Source: Elusimicrobiota bacterium (GTDB lineage Bacteria; Elusimicrobiota; Elusimicrobia; UBA1565). From it: a stretch of DNA of 64,000 bases. The stretch is from assembly GCA_043827405.1 (NCBI GenBank), contig JBDRPD010000022.1:1-64000 (forward strand), given 5' to 3'. The translations under genes were made by a program, and so were the position numbers. The notes beneath the pieces are model-generated. The model saw nothing but the letters and a program-made list of their open reading frames with translations. It had not been told where the DNA came from and made no database searches. Shown here piece by piece: positions 1 to 7,820 of the stretch. The first letter of the stretch is position 1; each line of letters begins with the position of its first letter.

Positions 1-749
1 GCCGCGACGTGACATTCAAGCTCATAGTCGCGTTCGGTGATGGTGTGGCCCACATCCGGTGTCAATTCTTCGCGAAGCCTCGACACCTCCCTCTGGACAG
101 CGCCGCGGCTGACATTACCCACTCCGAGCCGGTCCCATGCCAAGGGATTGCCCTGGTGGGACATCAGCGTCGTCAACGCGGCGACTTGATTGGGGGTCAG
201 ATTGAAGTGAAATGATCCGGCGCCCGACCGGCCCTTCGCGCGCTTCAGCGTCGGCTGGACGACGAACTCGTCGCCCGACGCGGCGCAATGCCTGCACTGA
301 GCCGCCTCGAGGAGCAGCCTCGGCGGGAGGACGCGATTGAGGACGTTCGGCAGCCAAATTTCAAAGAAGGCCGCGTCGTACCCGCGCTTGGGTAAGGGGA
401 GGACGGGCCGCTTCAGCGCGGACAAGACGTCGTATAAGGCGTCCATTTCGGTCCGAAGCGCGGGCTCGTAAATGAGGATCGGGCACACTGCGGGATTCTG
501 CCGACACCAGTCTAGGAAGCGTTCCGTGTTCTCGCGGATCACGGCACAGTCGGCGACGACCACGAGCTCATCGCGGAGTTTTCCAAGCTCTTCGGCCGTC
601 TTTTTCTGTAAATCCTGGAGGCCCTCGACGATCTCGCAGGGGAACTTATATGCGAGCTTCTGCACGGCCTTCGAGATCTCTCTTGCGGGAAAGACTACGT
701 TGCCTTGTGGGTCAATATCATAGGGGCGAACAAGCAATATCGCAGCCAC
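1..749 (-). CDS. Partial ORF (>=249 aa, runs off the left edge); possible transcription regulator with an OmpR-like winged-helix segment
   Basis: Manual translation: open frame from GTG 749 to position 1 with no stop (absent from the ORF track). LTPNQVAALTTLMSHQGNPL...SRGAVQREVSRLREEL...YEL resembles a Trans_reg_C wHTH. Confidence 0.55.
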   Translation of the reverse strand, partial: MAAILLVRPYDIDPQGNVVFPAREISKAVQKLAYKFPCEIVEGLQDLQKKTAEELGKLRDELVVVADCAVIRENTERFLDWCRQNPAVCPILIYEPALRTEMDALYDVLSALKRPVLPLPKRGYDAAFFEIWLPNVLNRVLPPRLLLEAAQCRHCAASGDEFVVQPTLKRAKGRSGAGSFHFNLTPNQVAALTTLMSHQGNPLAWDRLGVGNVSRGAVQREVSRLREELTPDVGHTITERDYELECHVA

Positions 750-758
750 GCTGCCGGC

Positions 759-788
759 AGTATACCGCCGCTTCGGAAAGCCTGTCAA
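759..788 (-). promoter_or_regulatory. sigma70-like promoter
   Basis: TTGACA (788-783), 18-nt spacer, TATACT (764-759) on the minus strand, just upstream of GTG 749. Confidence 0.65.
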
Positions 789-991
789 GCATACCTCCAC
801 AGGATTATGCTCGTCGAAGATGCGGTGTTTTTTCCATATCTTCTACGTATTTTTTTCATCGGCTCCGGCATATATGGGGGCGCTCGACGCCGGCAGTCTG
901 GCCCCCCTCCCCCTCACCTGCCCGACGACAGCCTATGCAATGCGTACCTCCCGACGCAGATAGAACGCAGACAATCGCGGAAGACGGTGTA

Positions 992-1415
992 ACGCTGAGC
1001 ACAAGTCACCTTCGCCTCGTACTTCATCATGAGGACAGGCGACCTGGCAGCTCTCCGGCACATTCTGGGACATTATGTTGCGAGTTCTGTTATGTGACGA
1101 GCCCGTCGGGAGGGCTAATCCGGCGTGAAAGGGGCTTCGTCGGAGCTGCCGTATTATGTGGTCTGTTCTTTGCAATCCGTTCGTGAGGTGTCTGAGATCG
1201 GCTAGAGAACTGGCCCGTCGAGCTCATGTTAAACGGGTAGAGGGATGTACGTTCGCTTGGCTGATATTATGTGGCGAGTTGCTTTGTTATGTGGCGAGTC
1301 AGGATTTCCGGTTCCAGGTGGCTCAGACGAGAAAAAGGGTCTGAGAAAAAACTCGCAACATAAGGGCCACTCCACGCCGGCCATGACGCTGCGCTACGCC
1401 CATCTGAGCCGCCAG
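992..1415 (+). pseudogene. Tyrosine recombinase/integrase C-terminal remnant, interrupted by an insertion
   Basis: 1008-1072 reads TFASYFIMRTGDLAALRHILG(H); 1365-1409 reads GHSTPAMTLRYAHLS. These are the box II LGH...T.RY catalytic motifs. Confidence 0.85.
1073..1363. mobile_element. ~291-bp non-autonomous element with perfect 14-bp terminal inverted repeats (RIT-like ends)
   Basis: TTATGTTGCGAGTT (1073-1086) and AACTCGCAACATAA (1350-1363); internal TTATGTG(G/A)CGAG copies at ~1090, ~1268 and ~1287; flanks GGGACA and GGGCCA. Confidence 0.75.
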
Positions 1416-1581
1416 CCCTGCACAACGGCATGCAGGCCTTCCAGGATGCGATACCGACGTCTCAGCAAAGTCCCGTATTTATTCGACGTGGACAACGGCG
1501 ACTTTCCCCCACCCCGCGGTCATGACCGATTCGCTTTGCGGCGAGTCCCGCGGGGACCCGCCGCTTCAAAACGACTAAAGC

Positions 1582-1602
1582 ATGGACACCTATATGGACA
1601 CC
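1582..1602 (+). repeat. ATGGACACC direct repeat pair, possible integrase arm-type sites
   Basis: ATGGACACC-TAT-ATGGACACC between the integrase remnant and tRNA-Lys. Confidence 0.4.
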
Positions 1603-1702
1603 ACCCTCTTACGCCGACATTCGGCAAGTGACGAATTTCTTTTGTACAATCAACGCTTCGAGCTAGTCCCGCTTTGCGGGACTGGACTCTTATAAGATTA
1701 AG

Positions 1703-1775
1703 GAGCTCGTAGCTCAGCTGGTAGAGCATCCGCCTTTTAAGCGGGAGGTCGAGGGTTCGAGTCCCTCCGGGCTCA
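1703..1775 (+). tRNA. tRNA-Lys (anticodon TTT), CCA not encoded
   Basis: Acceptor GAGCTCG/CGGGCTC-A; D arm TAGCTCAGCTGGTAGAGC; anticodon loop CTTTTAA; T loop GGTTCGAGTCC. Confidence 0.97.
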
Positions 1776-1785
1776 TACATTTTAC

Positions 1786-1860
1786 GCCTCCATCGTCTAA
1801 CGGTTAGGACGCGGCCCTTTCAAGGCCGAAACAGGGGTTCGATTCCCCTTGGAGGCACCA
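1786..1860 (+). tRNA. tRNA-Glu (anticodon TTC), CCA encoded
   Basis: GCCTCCA/TGGAGGC-ACCA; anticodon stem-loop CGGCC-CTTTCAA-GGCCG; T loop GGTTCGATTCC. Confidence 0.97.
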
Positions 1861-1935
1861 AATTATCCGTCGCAAATCACTCCTTTCCGAATTTTCACCT
1901 TATCTGTATCTCTTATTTGTGCCACAATATCCGCC

Positions 1936-2136
1936 ATGGTGTCCGAGTGACGGCGTCGGGGCTTCCGCCCGAAGTTTCGCATCACCAACGCGATCGCCGC
2001 GGGCCTGACCAAGATCGAGCGCGCTCGCGGCTTCCTGGACGCGGCCAAGCTTTCGGAGGACTGGATCTCCGAGATGCGCCAGCGCGCCTTTGTCTTGGAG
2101 GCCCACCATTCCACCCACATCGAAGGGACGCGGCTT
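1936..2136 (+). pseudogene. Fic-family protein N-terminal fragment
   Basis: [66 protein letters not shown]: in-frame stop at 1948, and similarity ends after the S..IEG motif. Confidence 0.75.
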
Positions 2137-2219
2137 CTCGCCGGCAAAGCAGATTCTATCAGCAGTCCTAATTCGTTTTCCTGGCATAAATATTGATCTG
2201 TTTAGGTCAGGAGGCGATC

Positions 2220-2720
2220 ATGAACCAACTGCCGACATTCAAGTATCTGGCCGCGGCCCTGGGGCGGCGCTGGACGGCGCTGCTGTTCGGCCCTCTGGTC
2301 TATGCCGCGGGGCTCATTGGACTGCTGGTTGTCAGCATTCTGATGTGGCGGGTGATGAGCATAATCGATACCTTCATTCCTGCCATGGACATGGTGGAAA
2401 GCATTGATGATTCCATTCTTTTTTGGTTTTCATTGACCGCCTTACCGGCGCTCATCGCGGGCTATCTCGTGCCGCCGCCTGTTGGAAGGAACCAGTGGCT
2501 GGGAGCCTTCGCTGCGGGCATGGTCGCGGCGGCGGTGCCGGCGCTGTCTCTGGGCATGATGTGGCTTATCCTGCTTCCGGATGTGCTGAGCCGCTCGGCC
2601 GGCGACGCCGGCAAGGTCGCCGGCATAGCGGGCTTCATCGCGGCGGCGCAGCTGCTGGCAGGCCTCGGCGGGATCCTGCGCTGGCGATCGGCGCCAGGAC
2701 ATGCCGCCGAATTAGGGTAA
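2220..2720 (+). CDS. Hypothetical multi-pass membrane protein (166 aa)
   Basis: GGAGG upstream of ATG 2220; about four hydrophobic segments. Confidence 0.7.
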   Translation: MNQLPTFKYLAAALGRRWTALLFGPLVYAAGLIGLLVVSILMWRVMSIIDTFIPAMDMVESIDDSILFWFSLTALPALIAGYLVPPPVGRNQWLGAFAAGMVAAAVPALSLGMMWLILLPDVLSRSAGDAGKVAGIAGFIAAAQLLAGLGGILRWRSAPGHAAELG

Positions 2721-2728
2721 GATGACGG

Positions 2729-2940
2729 ATGCCCAAGCCCCCATTCAGGAAGAAGTTCAACGCGCTCGCGTCCGCGGCCGGCCTCGAGCGCCAACCTTTT
2801 CATCGGCGGCTTCCCTTACGAGACGACGGAGCGGGACCTGCCGCTGTTCTTCGGCGTCTGCGGCAAGGTAAAGCACGTCAAGATCCCGCTGGATAAGGAA
2901 ACCGGGAAGTCGCGCGGCATCGGCTTTATCGAAATGTCAA
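2729..2940 (+). pseudogene. RRM (RNP-1) RNA-binding protein fragment, frameshifted and truncated at the 106-bp repeat
   Basis: From 2793: NLFIGGFPYETTERDLPLFFGVCGKVKHVKIPLDKETGKSRGIGFIEMS (RNP2 and RNP1 motifs); no in-frame start; the repeat begins right after RNP1. Confidence 0.8.
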
Positions 2941-3043
2941 GATTAATAATAATACCTGTTATGTACCTTGATTCCGTTCCCGCAGCCGTTTCCCACCCCG
3001 CCTGACCCCGCCCCTGGCGTAATTCCGCCGCGCGAGCTAACCT
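2938..3043 (+). repeat. 106-bp repeat, copy 1 (dif-like site plus promoter-like end)
   Basis: Matches 5961-6066 with 2 mismatches; contains ATAA-TACCTG-TTATGTACCTTG. Confidence 0.9.
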
Positions 3044-3059
3044 CTTTACTTAGGGAAGC

Positions 3060-3456
3060 GCTGTCTTTGCTCGGCATGCTCAACGACCTCGAGCGCATCG
3101 GCGACCACGACGAGAAGATCGCCATCCTGATGGAGCGGCAGGAGGACAACTCCTGCAAGCTCGACACGACGGCGATCAAGGACATCCAGACCATGGCCGA
3201 CAAGACCCAGGGCATCCTTGAGTCGATGAAGGTCCTGATCCTCAACAGCGAAGAGGACCCGGTGCCTAAGGCTCTTGAGCGCGGACGCGCCCTCGACGCC
3301 CTGCGCGACAAGCTGCGGCAGAAGAACCTCGACCGTCTGGTCAAGCAGAAGGCCAAGCCGCTGCCCGGCGTCGTCTTCACCGACATGCTGACCAGCTTTG
3401 AGAAGATGGGCGACCACGCCTTCAATGTGGTCGAGGCCTGCGCCGGCATCAGGTAG
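3060..3456 (+). pseudogene. C-terminal PhoU-domain fragment of a Na/Pi cotransporter-like protein
   Basis: NDLERIGDH and FEKMGDHAFNV PhoU repeats; the membrane domain is missing and the ORF-track N-terminus is translated repeat DNA. Confidence 0.75.
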
Positions 3457-5554
3457 CGTCGAGGGTTTTGCGCACCAGCGCCGCCAGGGACGCGCTATCG
3501 AATGGCTTCGGCAGGAAGTTCTTCCCTGGAACGAACTCTCCGCGATCGGCGATGAGGTTGCCGGGATAGCCGGAGGTGTAGATAACCTTGACCTCGGGAC
3601 GCATCTCCCTGATCCGCTTAGCGAGCTCCACGCCGCTGATCCCCGGCATGACCACATCAGTCATCAGCAGATCGATGGCCTTCTCCTGGCTGGAAAGCAC
3701 GTTGATTGCCGCCTCGCCACTCGCCGCCTCAATGACTTCATAGCCGCAGTCCCTGAGACCGCGGATGGTCGCGCGGCGAACCGCCGCGTCGTCTTCCACC
3801 ACCAGCAGAGTCTCCGTGCCCGGCGGCGCCCCCTGCGCGGCCTCCCCGGCCGCGGCGGCGCCCGCTTCCTCCGTCGCCGGAAAATAGACGCGAAATGTGG
3901 CGCCGCGGTCAGGAACACTGTATACGGTCACGCACCCTCCGCTCTGCTTGACGATGCCGTAGACGGTCGCGAGCCCCAATCCCGTTCCCTTGCCGACCTC
4001 CTTCGTCGTAAAGAACGGCTCGAAAACCCTCTTCTGCACGTCCCTCGAGATGCCTTTGCCGGTATCGGTCAGCGACAGCATCACATAAAGTCCCTGCGGG
4101 ATGACAAATGTCTCGGTGGCGGCATCTTCCGTGAAATCAGCGTTCGCGGTCTCGATCATGAGTCGTCCGCCGTCCGGCATCGCATCGCTGGCATTGACCG
4201 CGAGGTTGAGCACCACCTGGATCACCTGCGATTCGTCCGCCTTGATCCGGCGCAGCTCCGGCGCCAGCCGCGTCTCGATCACGATGTCTTCAGAGATCGT
4301 CCGGCTCAGCAGCTTGCGCACGCTCTCCAGCGTCGCATTGAGGTCAATTACCTTGGGATCCAGTAGTTGCTTGCGGCTGAAGGCCAGCAGCTGACGCGTA
4401 AGCAGCGCTGCATGCCTTCCGGCCTTGACGATCTCCTCGACATCGGCGCGGCCGGGATCCTCTTGAGACAGCGAGTCGCGCAGAAACGAGGCGCTGGAGA
4501 GGATGGCCGTCAGCAGATTGTTAAAATCATGCGCGATCCCGCCGGCGAGGTTGCCTACGGCCTCCATCTTCTGCGCCTGACGCAGCTTCTCCTCGCTGAG
4601 CCGCAGATCTTCTGCGGCCCGCTCGCGCTCGGTGACGTCGATGAAGATCTCCAGCAGAGCATTCTGCCCCCGGTGCGTGATCCCTGTATGGTAGACCTCC
4701 ACCGACTTCCCGCCGAAGACGCCCTTGGTCCGGGTCATCACGGTCCGCCCGACCTCGATCGGCCGCCGCAGCGGGCAGTCCGCGCACCGCTCCTTATCGT
4801 CCTTATACCGGCTCCAGCAGACCGCGCCCATGCTTGCCGCACCGATCGCGGACTCCATGGCAGAATTCATGAACAGGATCTTTCCGTCTTGATCGACGAT
4901 ATCCACCGCGAAAGGGATGGATTCGATCAGCGCCTTATTGAACTCGGCGCTCTCCCGCAGCTCCACTTCAGTCCGCCGGCGCGTCGAAATATCGCGCACG
5001 GAAGCCTGCAGCACCCGGCGACCGTCCAGTTCCATGCGGGTGAGCAGGACCTCGGCCGGGAAATCCCTACCGTCATCCAGGCGTCGGTGCATCCACTCAA
5101 AGCGGTGGGCCCCATCACTCATGGCCGCCGCGATGCGCTGACCGGCCAAGACCAAGGAATCCGTTCCGCACGGCTGACTGGGAGGCGACAGATCCGCCGG
5201 ATGCTTGGAGCAGAACTCCACCTTGCTGGGGCAGCCGAAGATGCGCAGCGTCGCCTCGTTGCAGTCAGCGAACGTCTTGCCCTCCAGCATCATGATCGCA
5301 TCGCTGGATGATTCGTAGAGGGTGCGCGCCTTGGTCTCGATCCTGACCTGAGCCCGCCGAGCGCCCTCGCGCAGACGCTCTTCCCGCAGCAGCAGCCAGC
5401 AGAGAAATGGTGCCGCGACGGCGGCGGCGGCGACCCCGTCGATGACGTTGAACAGCGGTCCTGCGGGCAGACCGAGATGGGTGAGCATAAACATGCATCC
5501 GATCTCGGCGACAGCGAACAGCATGAGGATCCAGACGATGTAGCCTCGCTTCAT
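3449..5554 (-). CDS. Membrane-anchored hybrid sensor kinase (2 TM, PAS-PAS, HisKA, HATPase, REC; CckA-like)
   Basis: H-box AGGIAHDFNNLL, N-box NLAVNASDAM, FEPFFTTK..GKGTGLGL, receiver LLMTDVVMPG; start ATG 5554 or GTG 5557. Confidence 0.95.
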   Translation of the reverse strand: MKRGYIVWILMLFAVAEIGCMFMLTHLGLPAGPLFNVIDGVAAAAVAAPFLCWLLLREERLREGARRAQVRIETKARTLYESSSDAIMMLEGKTFADCNEATLRIFGCPSKVEFCSKHPADLSPPSQPCGTDSLVLAGQRIAAAMSDGAHRFEWMHRRLDDGRDFPAEVLLTRMELDGRRVLQASVRDISTRRRTEVELRESAEFNKALIESIPFAVDIVDQDGKILFMNSAMESAIGAASMGAVCWSRYKDDKERCADCPLRRPIEVGRTVMTRTKGVFGGKSVEVYHTGITHRGQNALLEIFIDVTERERAAEDLRLSEEKLRQAQKMEAVGNLAGGIAHDFNNLLTAILSSASFLRDSLSQEDPGRADVEEIVKAGRHAALLTRQLLAFSRKQLLDPKVIDLNATLESVRKLLSRTISEDIVIETRLAPELRRIKADESQVIQVVLNLAVNASDAMPDGGRLMIETANADFTEDAATETFVIPQGLYVMLSLTDTGKGISRDVQKRVFEPFFTTKEVGKGTGLGLATVYGIVKQSGGCVTVYSVPDRGATFRVYFPATEEAGAAAAGEAAQGAPPGTETLLVVEDDAAVRRATIRGLRDCGYEVIEAASGEAAINVLSSQEKAIDLLMTDVVMPGISGVELAKRIREMRPEVKVIYTSGYPGNLIADRGEFVPGKNFLPKPFDSASLAALVRKTLDAT

Positions 5555-5705
5555 CACGCCATACTAAACACTGGGAAACTCACGATAACCTCAAATCCCG
5601 CTCACCCGCGGCTCAAACCACAGCCTGGTTCATGGTCCGACACCACGCTAATGTACACTCTAATGTACCCTTGATTTTTCCCGCCAAGGTGTCTACTCTG
5701 TGAGT

Positions 5706-5969
5706 ATGAGCCGCTGCTTGGCCCTACTTGCGGTGGGGCTATTCTTCCTTTTCCAGCCTGCTCCCGTACCGGCGACCCATCACGACTGCACCAAAGAGAC
5801 GGCAGGCGGACAGCTCCCGGACCATTGCACTCAGGAAGACGCCGGCGATTCATACAACAAAGATGAAGGCGACGAAAACATAAGCGACGGCTCGACCGGC
5901 AATGCGTCCGGCGGCTTTCAGATGGGGGTCCCCAGAACGAGCCCCGAATTTTGCATGGACCAAGATTAA
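5706..5969 (+). CDS. Small secreted hypothetical protein, possibly truncated; its stop codon lies in repeat copy 2
   Basis: Signal-peptide-like MSRCLALLAVGLFFLFQPAPVPA; TACTCT-N6-ATG upstream. Confidence 0.55.
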   Translation: MSRCLALLAVGLFFLFQPAPVPATHHDCTKETAGGQLPDHCTQEDAGDSYNKDEGDENISDGSTGNASGGFQMGVPRTSPEFCMDQD

Positions 5970-6066
5970 TAATAATACCTGTTATGTACCTTGATTCCGT
6001 TCCCGCAGCCGTTTCCCGCCCCGCCTGACCCCGCCCCTAGCGTAATTCCGCCGCGCGAGCTAACCT
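5961..6066 (+). repeat. 106-bp repeat, copy 2
   Basis: Direct repeat of 2938-3043. Confidence 0.9.
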
Positions 6067-6192
6067 GATTTCGCCCCGGCCGGTTTCGGGACCTTCAGGC
6101 ATCTCATGCCGCCCGAATATCCCGCGCCGCGGCGGGACTATCGTTCGCGGCGGCGCACGGGGAACTTTTGCCGCTGCGGCGCGTAGTCTAGT

Positions 6193-7575
6193 ATGCTGCG
6201 CGGCCTCATTCTCGCGCTCGGCGTCGGCGTGTTCGCGGCGGCCGGGGCCGAAGAAGAAGATGCGTTCCCCACATTCTCCCCGCCGCAGGACTATCGCGTC
6301 ATCGCGCAGAACCAGCATTACCGGATCATATCCGATCCCGATACGGACATATCATCGGTTCTCCTGCACTGCCTCGCTCCCCAGGACCCGATGCTGCTGG
6401 AATTCGTGCACACGCTTGATCCGGAGGTCCGGGTCAACATCCTGGTCAATAGCGCCAGCGCCGCCAAGGGAGTCGTGGCCGCGCTCAATAAGCAGAAGAC
6501 CGCGGGCATCGCGCGGCGCGTACGGTTCATCCTGGTCGACGACGCGCTGCAGCTGACGCGCTGGGCCCGAGACCCCTATATCGTGCTCTACAGCACGCAG
6601 ACGCGAGAGCATGCGCTGCTGGACTCCAACGTCCCCAAGATGATGTGGAACCACTACTACATGAACCGGTTGGCGATCGACTATGTCCTGCAGTCCGGCA
6701 TCGGCCGCCGCCCCCTCCACCGCGCCAACTTCCCCCGCCTGCCGACCTGGTGGCTGGAAGGAGGGTCAGTCACCGCCGACGACACCCACGTCTACGTCGG
6801 CAGCTCGAGCATCGAGGATATGCGCAGCGCCGGCGGGAAGATCGCGCATTCCGTCGAGGAGGTGCGCGAGGCCGTGACCCGCGTGCTGGGCAAACAGCTC
6901 GTTATCCTGCGCGACTACAACGAAGACCACAGCGACCGCTACCACATGCCGATCGGCAGAACGCGCCACGGCGCCAGGACCAGCCTGCTCGGCGATCCGC
7001 TGCTTGCCCTCACTCTCATCTCCCGCATGAGCCGGGAAGAGAAGGAAAACGCCATCGAAACGATCTTAGGACGCCGATCCGCCTGGCTCGATACGGTCTT
7101 GACAGGCTCCGCGGAAGGCGGGTTCCTCACCCCAACGATCAAGCCAAAACTCACGCGGGCCGCCTTAGAGGATTTTTTCGCCGTCCCAGAAGAAGAGATC
7201 GAGCGGCTGAAGAGGTCGACCGCCTACAAGGCGCTGGAGGAAACGGCACAGACCCTGCGCGAGAGCGGCGCTCACGTGGTCCGGATCCCCAACCTGCGCG
7301 CGCGCTACTGGGACCGCAACGATAAGGACCGCGAGGTTCTGCGCTTTCCGCTGGCCCTGCCGTATGTCAACATCGTGCAGGACGCGAAAAAAGCAGGGCG
7401 CACGGCTTTTGTTCCACGCTTCGGCATCCAGCCTCTCGACGAATACGTGCTGCAGGCGTTCCGGTCTCTCGGCGTCTTCGACGCCGTACGCCAGATATGG
7501 AGCTTGGACGAGGCCGTCGATCACGGCGGGATGCGCTGCCGGATTCAGATCATCGGCGAGCCGGCGGCACGCTGA
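6193..7575 (+). CDS. Secreted pentein-superfamily enzyme (agmatine/peptidyl-arginine deiminase-like)
   Basis: Signal peptide; motifs RWARD, LEGG, DHSD, PYVN and GGMRC in pentein order. Confidence 0.75.
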   Translation: MLRGLILALGVGVFAAAGAEEEDAFPTFSPPQDYRVIAQNQHYRIISDPDTDISSVLLHCLAPQDPMLLEFVHTLDPEVRVNILVNSASAAKGVVAALNKQKTAGIARRVRFILVDDALQLTRWARDPYIVLYSTQTREHALLDSNVPKMMWNHYYMNRLAIDYVLQSGIGRRPLHRANFPRLPTWWLEGGSVTADDTHVYVGSSSIEDMRSAGGKIAHSVEEVREAVTRVLGKQLVILRDYNEDHSDRYHMPIGRTRHGARTSLLGDPLLALTLISRMSREEKENAIETILGRRSAWLDTVLTGSAEGGFLTPTIKPKLTRAALEDFFAVPEEEIERLKRSTAYKALEETAQTLRESGAHVVRIPNLRARYWDRNDKDREVLRFPLALPYVNIVQDAKKAGRTAFVPRFGIQPLDEYVLQAFRSLGVFDAVRQIWSLDEAVDHGGMRCRIQIIGEPAAR

Positions 7576-7767
7576 GGACCTGTCGCCGGCTCGCCGATGA
7601 TCCGTCAAGAGCGCAGTTTCAGGCAAGGAACCGCCGTTTTCAGCGAGCAGATTCCTTTCCGCCAAGATATATCTTCTTCCAAAGATTGAAATTTGCCATT
7701 ATTTACCACACGTCAGATAAGCGGCGTTAGTCTGAATTTCGCAGGATAGTTCGCAAGCGTGCCGTTC

Positions 7768-7811
7768 GCCCTTTCAAGGCTGAAATAGGGGTTCGATTCC
7801 CCTTGGAGGCA
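7768..7811 (+). repeat. attR-like copy of the tRNA-Glu 3' half
   Basis: GCCCTTTCAAGGCTGAAATAGGGGTTCGATTCCCCTTGGAGGCA. Confidence 0.9.
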
Positions 7812-7820
7812 TGGAACTTT

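Larger units (their letters stand above)
1814..7811. mobile_element. tRNA-Glu-integrated genomic island (~6 kb), no integrase inside
   Basis: 44-bp direct repeat of the tRNA-Glu 3' half: 1814-1857 vs 7768-7811, 2 mismatches. Confidence 0.85.

Noticed and set aside
650..1631. Short ORF-track predictions (650-1186, 705-992, 1245-1631)
   Set aside because: They overlap the promoter, the inserted element and the integrase remnant; not independent genes.
2968..3456. Intact 162-aa PhoU protein as in the ORF track
   Set aside because: The Pro-rich N-terminus is translated repeat DNA; only the C-terminal part is PhoU-like.
2938..6066. Classical integron attC cassettes
   Set aside because: No clear RYYYAAC...GTTRRRY palindromic attC structure and no IntI gene; a dif-like reading fits better.
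7768..7811. A third tRNA gene
   Set aside because: Only the 3' half is present (no 5' acceptor strand or D arm); treated as attR.
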